A stretch of DNA of 64,000 nucleotides from a virus (lineage: Duplodnaviria; Caudoviricetes): positions 1 through 64,000 of the IMG/VR virus record IMGVR_UViG_3300010885_069896; one strand, 5' to 3'. Made by a program: the position numbers and the translations under genes. Below the pieces are notes generated by a model. The model was given only the letters and a program-made list of their open reading frames with translations, did not search any database and was not told where the DNA came from. Shown here piece after piece: positions 59,754 to 64,000 of this stretch (the stretch's first letter is position 1; each line of letters starts with the position of its first letter).

Positions 59754-60373
59754 CCACAGAAAATAAAAAATATCTACTCAAAGAATTCACAAGCTTTGAG
59801 TACCTTGATGAAGATGTAAAAAAAATTACCGAAAAAGGAGGGCCAATGATCCTTAGCGGTATTCTGCAACGAGCAAATGCACTAAACCAAAATGGTCGTG
59901 TCTACCCAAAAGACATCCTAGAACGTGAAATACGGAACTATGAAAAATTAATCCGTGAAAAACGTGCTTTCGGTGAACTAGATCATGCCAATGAACCAAT
60001 TGTAAATATGAAAAATATCTCCCACACAATCCGTGAAATCTGGATGGAAGGAGATGTCGTTTATGGTAAAGTAGAAATACTTGATACACCTTGTGGCAAA
60101 ATCATTGAGGCCATCATCAAAGCAGGATGCAGACCAGGGATATCCTCACGTGCATTAGGATCTCTCCAGCGTGAAAACAATGTCAATGTTGTCCAAGATG
60201 ATTTGCAAATTATCTGCTGGGATTTCGTATCTGAGCCAAGTACAGCCGGTAGTTTCATGACCCTTGCAGAATCACGTCAGTTTAGTAATGAAGAGATAAA
60301 TAAAATCCTTAGTAAATCCGACAAAGTAGACAGAATAGTCAATGACATCCTTTCTCTGAAGACAAAAAAATAA
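59750..60373 (+). CDS. Prohead core protease (T4 gp21-like)
   Basis: GILQRA-NQNGRVYP, AFGELDH, NISH, ILDTPCG, GISSRALGS, WDFVSEPS. Confidence 0.95.
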   Translation: MTTENKKYLLKEFTSFEYLDEDVKKITEKGGPMILSGILQRANALNQNGRVYPKDILEREIRNYEKLIREKRAFGELDHANEPIVNMKNISHTIREIWMEGDVVYGKVEILDTPCGKIIEAIIKAGCRPGISSRALGSLQRENNVNVVQDDLQIICWDFVSEPSTAGSFMTLAESRQFSNEEINKILSKSDKVDRIVNDILSLKTKK

Positions 60374-60414
60374 TAATATCCATACTGAAATGGTCATAAT
60401 GATATTTAAAATCT

Positions 60415-61278
60415 ATGAAGTATTATTACGGCAGTAATTTACAATCTCCCTGCATTTACAAAATATTTAACACGCACTCCAAAAGAGTTTACATTGGCCA
60501 AACAATCACTGTTAAAAAGAGGTGGGTTTCGGGCCATAGCCTTAGATTAAAAAACAATAATCATTTTAATATTATTTTACAGAACGATTTCAATAAATGC
60601 TACAAAGCGCTAGGTCATACCGATTTTCTAGAATTTCATATTATTGAGTTATTGCCAGACTCAACACAGGAAACAAGAAATTTAAAAGAATGGCAATGGA
60701 TAAATGAATATAAGAAAACACATAAGTTATATAATATAATTCTAGAGTGTGATGGCCGAAAAGAAATGCCTCAAGAGTTAAAAAATAAAATTAGTGAAAC
60801 CAAGAAAAAATACTATAAATCCGAAGAAGGCAAAATTTTTATTGAAAAATTGTCAAAAAATAGGCTTGGAAAATCATATGAAGAATATTACGGAGAAGAG
60901 TTTGCGTCTGAAATAAAAAAATCCATAAGTGATAATAAAATTATTACAATGAATTTACCAGAGGTAAAAGAAAATCTATCTAAAATATTTACCGGAAAAT
61001 CATTCCAAGAGCGTTTCGGAGAAAGTAAGGCAGAAGAAATTTTAGAGAAGATGAGCGCTGCTCGCAAAGGAAAATATATCGGTAAAGAAAGTTCTCGATT
61101 TCGTATTATTGAGAACATCAAACTACTATCTCCTGATGGAATGATTTACAATAAAATTGAGGGCATCAAAGAGTTTGCCAAAGAGCATAAACTATCCAAG
61201 CATCATTTATGTGAATTGCTTGCAGGAAAAAGAAGAAGTCACCATGGATGGGTACTAGTTAATGATAATAATCAATGA
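60415..61278 (+). CDS. GIY-YIG homing endonuclease
   Basis: CIYKIFN-RVYIGQT; FLEFHIIELL shared with the 18018 and 19585 copies. Confidence 0.9.
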   Translation: MKYYYGSNLQSPCIYKIFNTHSKRVYIGQTITVKKRWVSGHSLRLKNNNHFNIILQNDFNKCYKALGHTDFLEFHIIELLPDSTQETRNLKEWQWINEYKKTHKLYNIILECDGRKEMPQELKNKISETKKKYYKSEEGKIFIEKLSKNRLGKSYEEYYGEEFASEIKKSISDNKIITMNLPEVKENLSKIFTGKSFQERFGESKAEEILEKMSAARKGKYIGKESSRFRIIENIKLLSPDGMIYNKIEGIKEFAKEHKLSKHHLCELLAGKRRSHHGWVLVNDNNQ

Positions 61279-61306
61279 TTTCATTGAACAACTGATGAAA
61301 TCATTG
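61273..61306 (+). terminator. 12-bp perfect hairpin at the endonuclease stop (terminator-like or processing signal)
   Basis: CAATGATTTCAT-10 nt-ATGAAATCATTG; AT-rich with no clear U-tract. Confidence 0.45.
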
Positions 61307-61341
61307 GAATATATTTAATAGTTTAAAAAGAAGTAAATATA

Positions 61342-61884
61342 ATGAAAATCCAAAGAACAGAATTTAAATCAATTATTAAAGAATGCCTTAAGGAATTAAT
61401 TGTTGAAGGTGCATTAGACCATATGGTAACTGGTTTAGTGTCTGAAAGAACAAATCAAGCTTACAATCAAGCTTACCTAAATGACCCTAGAGTTAAAATG
61501 GCTGCTGCACAAATTGCTGGTGGCAATCCACAACAAACACAAATGATGGAACAAATTCTTGCTGACACAGCAATGAATTCATTACCAGATCAACAAGCTG
61601 CTATGAATCGCCTACCGAACGGCATGCCAATGCCAGGGGCAATAGGAGGCATGCAGCAGGACAATATGTTAAATGAGTATGGATCACCTAACGGTGGTCA
61701 TTCTTTGCAGCGTAATCCGCTACCTCCAAGAGAAGCGCAAAGACAGCAAAGTCAATCTTCTGGCGCTGCAAGCCGTTGGGCAAGCTTAGCTTTTAATTCA
61801 CCAATTTCTAACCGTCCGCAATCTGGTGCCGGTGGATCAAGTGGCGGATTTTTACCTGGGGCTAAAAAAGGCTCCTTTGAATGA
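61342..61884 (+). CDS. Hypothetical head-module protein (Gln/Gly/Pro-rich)
   Basis: N-terminal FKSIIKECLKELIVEG; located between protease and scaffold. Confidence 0.65.
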   Translation: MKIQRTEFKSIIKECLKELIVEGALDHMVTGLVSERTNQAYNQAYLNDPRVKMAAAQIAGGNPQQTQMMEQILADTAMNSLPDQQAAMNRLPNGMPMPGAIGGMQQDNMLNEYGSPNGGHSLQRNPLPPREAQRQQSQSSGAASRWASLAFNSPISNRPQSGAGGSSGGFLPGAKKGSFE

Positions 61885-61936
61885 TCTCATAAAATAAATA
61901 TTTCCGAATCATATACCTATTCATATAGGTGTATCT

Positions 61937-62506
61937 ATGGCTGATCCCGTCACTAAATTCGAAGCGTTAAGTGCGAATCCAAATTTTATATCATCACGAG
62001 GAAATACTGGTTATGGTTCTGTTTCTGGCGGTGCGGAATTAGGCAAAAGAAATAATGCTTCGTTACTGAGAGGTTTCGCTGGATCACCCATATTGTCCAA
62101 TGCATATAAAATAACAGACGCTTCGGAAAAATATCAAAGTTATACCGGAGAAAATATGGACTTCACCCAGTACCGCCGTGATTTTAAACCAGACGAGGCG
62201 GCAGGGGAAGAATATAGAAAAGTTAGAGATAAAAAACAAACAACGGTAGGCTTAAATGGTGAACCTGGGACTGCATATACTCCAAATATAGCATCTCCAA
62301 TAGTAGATGAAGGAACTATTTTTACTGATTACAATCAACTTACTGTAATAGAAACTGGTCTGAACGCAATACAAAACGATAGAATCATAAATGACCCAAC
62401 TCTAAATCCACAAACATATATAAATGTTGATTCTTCAAATCAATCCAATAATGTTGGTAAAATACGTAGATTTAAATTAGGTGTCGGATCTACAACTATT
62501 CAATAG
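61937..62506 (+). CDS. Unknown protein, paralogue 1 of a tandem triplet
   Basis: Shares YRR(D/N)F-PD, P(N)(I/V)ASP and R-F-LG-GS with the next two genes. Confidence 0.8.
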   Translation: MADPVTKFEALSANPNFISSRGNTGYGSVSGGAELGKRNNASLLRGFAGSPILSNAYKITDASEKYQSYTGENMDFTQYRRDFKPDEAAGEEYRKVRDKKQTTVGLNGEPGTAYTPNIASPIVDEGTIFTDYNQLTVIETGLNAIQNDRIINDPTLNPQTYINVDSSNQSNNVGKIRRFKLGVGSTTIQ

Positions 62507-62531
62507 AAATATATAAAGGAATATTATTAAT

Positions 62532-63155
62532 ATGCCAACCGATCCCATAGCGCCTCCGACAACTCATGAAGCTGAAACAGAAAGATATGAAACGGCAGAT
62601 CCTGACAAGTGTCCTGCCAAGGCATATCAAGGCCCACGTGGCGAAGGCAATGTTGGACAAAGAAACGATATTTCATTGAAGAATGCGTTTCGGAATTCAC
62701 CAATATATCAGCTAACGCCTAGTGTTTTTAAATCAGATGCTAAAAGAAAATTTTCATCATACGATAGAGAAAACGATTCATATCGGATGTATAGAAGGAA
62801 TTTTATTCCAGATGATACAGCGGGAGTGGAATATCAAACTGTAAGAGATAAAAATCTTTTACCTACAGAAATGGGCGGTTTAGGAAAACCAGCTACACCA
62901 TTCAGCCCTAACGTAGCTTCACCAATTGTCCCAGAAGGCACTTTGTTTGCTGGCGTCAATCAAATAACAGATTCTGTCAAAGGTCTTAATATAAATGACA
63001 CAGAACTATCAACCGCAATAACTGAATTGAATCCAATAAATTCTAATTATAAAAATCTTGATTCTCTCAACCACAACAATGATGTGGGCGTTGTTCGTAG
63101 ATTTACATTAGGAATTGGATCTACTATTGGGAAAACAAGAGCAAGAAGCACTTGA
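62532..63155 (+). CDS. Unknown protein, paralogue 2 of a tandem triplet
   Basis: YRRNFIPD, PFSPNVASP, VRRFTLGIGS. Confidence 0.8.
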   Translation: MPTDPIAPPTTHEAETERYETADPDKCPAKAYQGPRGEGNVGQRNDISLKNAFRNSPIYQLTPSVFKSDAKRKFSSYDRENDSYRMYRRNFIPDDTAGVEYQTVRDKNLLPTEMGGLGKPATPFSPNVASPIVPEGTLFAGVNQITDSVKGLNINDTELSTAITELNPINSNYKNLDSLNHNNDVGVVRRFTLGIGSTIGKTRARST

Positions 63156-63229
63156 TAATTTCCTAATTCTATCTTTATTTCTAAGGTATGATATATTTAT
63201 AAACACATTCAAGATAAATAGGTGTTATT

Positions 63230-63772
63230 ATGTCAGCAACCGTAAAATATGAAACAATTGATAATTCCGTTGGTAATAACAGAGAATATGGCCGTGGAGC
63301 CAGAAACTTAGGTAAAAGCGATCAATCAAATCTAACTAGAGCATTTATTTCCCCAGTCAACACTGGCGAATATACCGCACAAAATGCAGCGGAAATATTT
63401 GCAAGATATGACGGAGAAAATGTTAGCTATGGATTCGGCATGTATCGGCGTGATTTTAAACCAGATGGTGCTGCCGGTGATATTTATTCTTCTCCAAGAG
63501 ATAAAGATGAAACACCTACAGGTGCAGCCGGTCTACCAGCAACACCATATTCTCCAAACGTAGCATCCCCAGGAGAAGGAAATGGTGTAACTGCTACCGC
63601 AATTTCTCAACAAGTTGTTGGTTTAGTACCAGTAAATGCAAGACCGCAAGAAATACTTAATCCAAAACTAGAAGTTTACCAAAATAAAGGCGAAGGTGCC
63701 GCAACAGGCAGAGTTCGCACGTTCAGATTAGGAATTGGTTCTGGCACAGCCAGAGATATTAGCAATCCATAA
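63230..63772 (+). CDS. Unknown protein, paralogue 3 of a tandem triplet
   Basis: YRRDFKPD, PYSPNVASP, VRTFRLGIGS. Confidence 0.8.
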   Translation: MSATVKYETIDNSVGNNREYGRGARNLGKSDQSNLTRAFISPVNTGEYTAQNAAEIFARYDGENVSYGFGMYRRDFKPDGAAGDIYSSPRDKDETPTGAAGLPATPYSPNVASPGEGNGVTATAISQQVVGLVPVNARPQEILNPKLEVYQNKGEGAATGRVRTFRLGIGSGTARDISNP

Positions 63773-63811
63773 CATATATAAGATTACATAGATATTTTTT
63801 AGGAGTTTACC

Positions 63812-64000
63812 ATGTCTACACCATTGTTTCAAGAAGCACTAATAGAAGCAAAAAAATTAAGAGAGGCCGCTACCATCGAAGCAAAAAATGCTGTAATGGA
63901 ATCCATCTCTCCAGTTATTAAACAAATGATTGATAGAGAAATTAATGTAATACTGGAACAAGAAGAACCAGCAGATATGCCTCCACCAGCACCACCAGCA
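63812..64000 (+). CDS. Prohead scaffold protein (T4 gp22-like), N-terminal part running off the window
   Basis: AGGAG SD, then MSTPLFQEALIEAKKLREAATIEAKNAVMESISP, a pattern recalled from scaffold proteins of large T4-like phages. Missing from the ORF track because it is truncated. Confidence 0.7.
   Translation, partial: MSTPLFQEALIEAKKLREAATIEAKNAVMESISPVIKQMIDREINVILEQEEPADMPPPAPPA

Noticed and set aside
1039-61121. Many 60-190 aa ORFs nested in or antisense to longer genes (e.g. 9387..9950, 15989..16444, 46455..46832)
   Set aside because: They are shadow frames of well-supported genes, with no motifs or ribosome-binding sites.
1-64000. Stop-codon reassignment, as seen in some large phages
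   Set aside because: Genes are full length in code 11, and TAA, TAG and TGA all end recognisable proteins at the expected places.
1-64000. CRISPR array, tRNA or rRNA genes
   Set aside because: No regularly spaced repeats with unique spacers and no cloverleaf or rRNA signature seen. The only tandem repeats are coding low-complexity tracts.

Overview
This window is a 64 kb piece of a large, AT-rich, T4-like (jumbo myovirus-type) phage genome in the standard genetic code. No rRNA, tRNA or CRISPR array was seen. In order it contains: (1) the 3' end of an IS200/IS605 tnpB element; (2) a Cas4/RecB-like nuclease; (3) a ~15 kb glycan-synthesis cluster (epimerases, UDP-sugar dehydrogenase, glycosyltransferases, methyltransferases, NAD synthetase); (4) a late-type sigma factor; (5) baseplate and tail genes; (6) a minus-strand block carrying an intein-containing GroEL; (7) the head module (portal with three inteins, prohead protease, three tandem paralogues, start of a scaffold gene). 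About 17% of the window is selfish DNA: 4 inteins, 1 ORF-less group I intron, 5 GIY-YIG and 2 Vsr/DUF559-like free-standing endonucleases, and tnpB. The most notable observations are a Pro-initiated class-3-type intein inside the GroEL GDGTTT ATP motif, a Pro-initiated non-canonical intein in the portal, a group I intron that splits a glycosyltransferase the ORF track mis-starts, and a recurring layout in which free-standing endonucleases are flanked by diverged duplicates of the neighbouring gene's terminus. All product calls come from manual motif recognition, not database searches.
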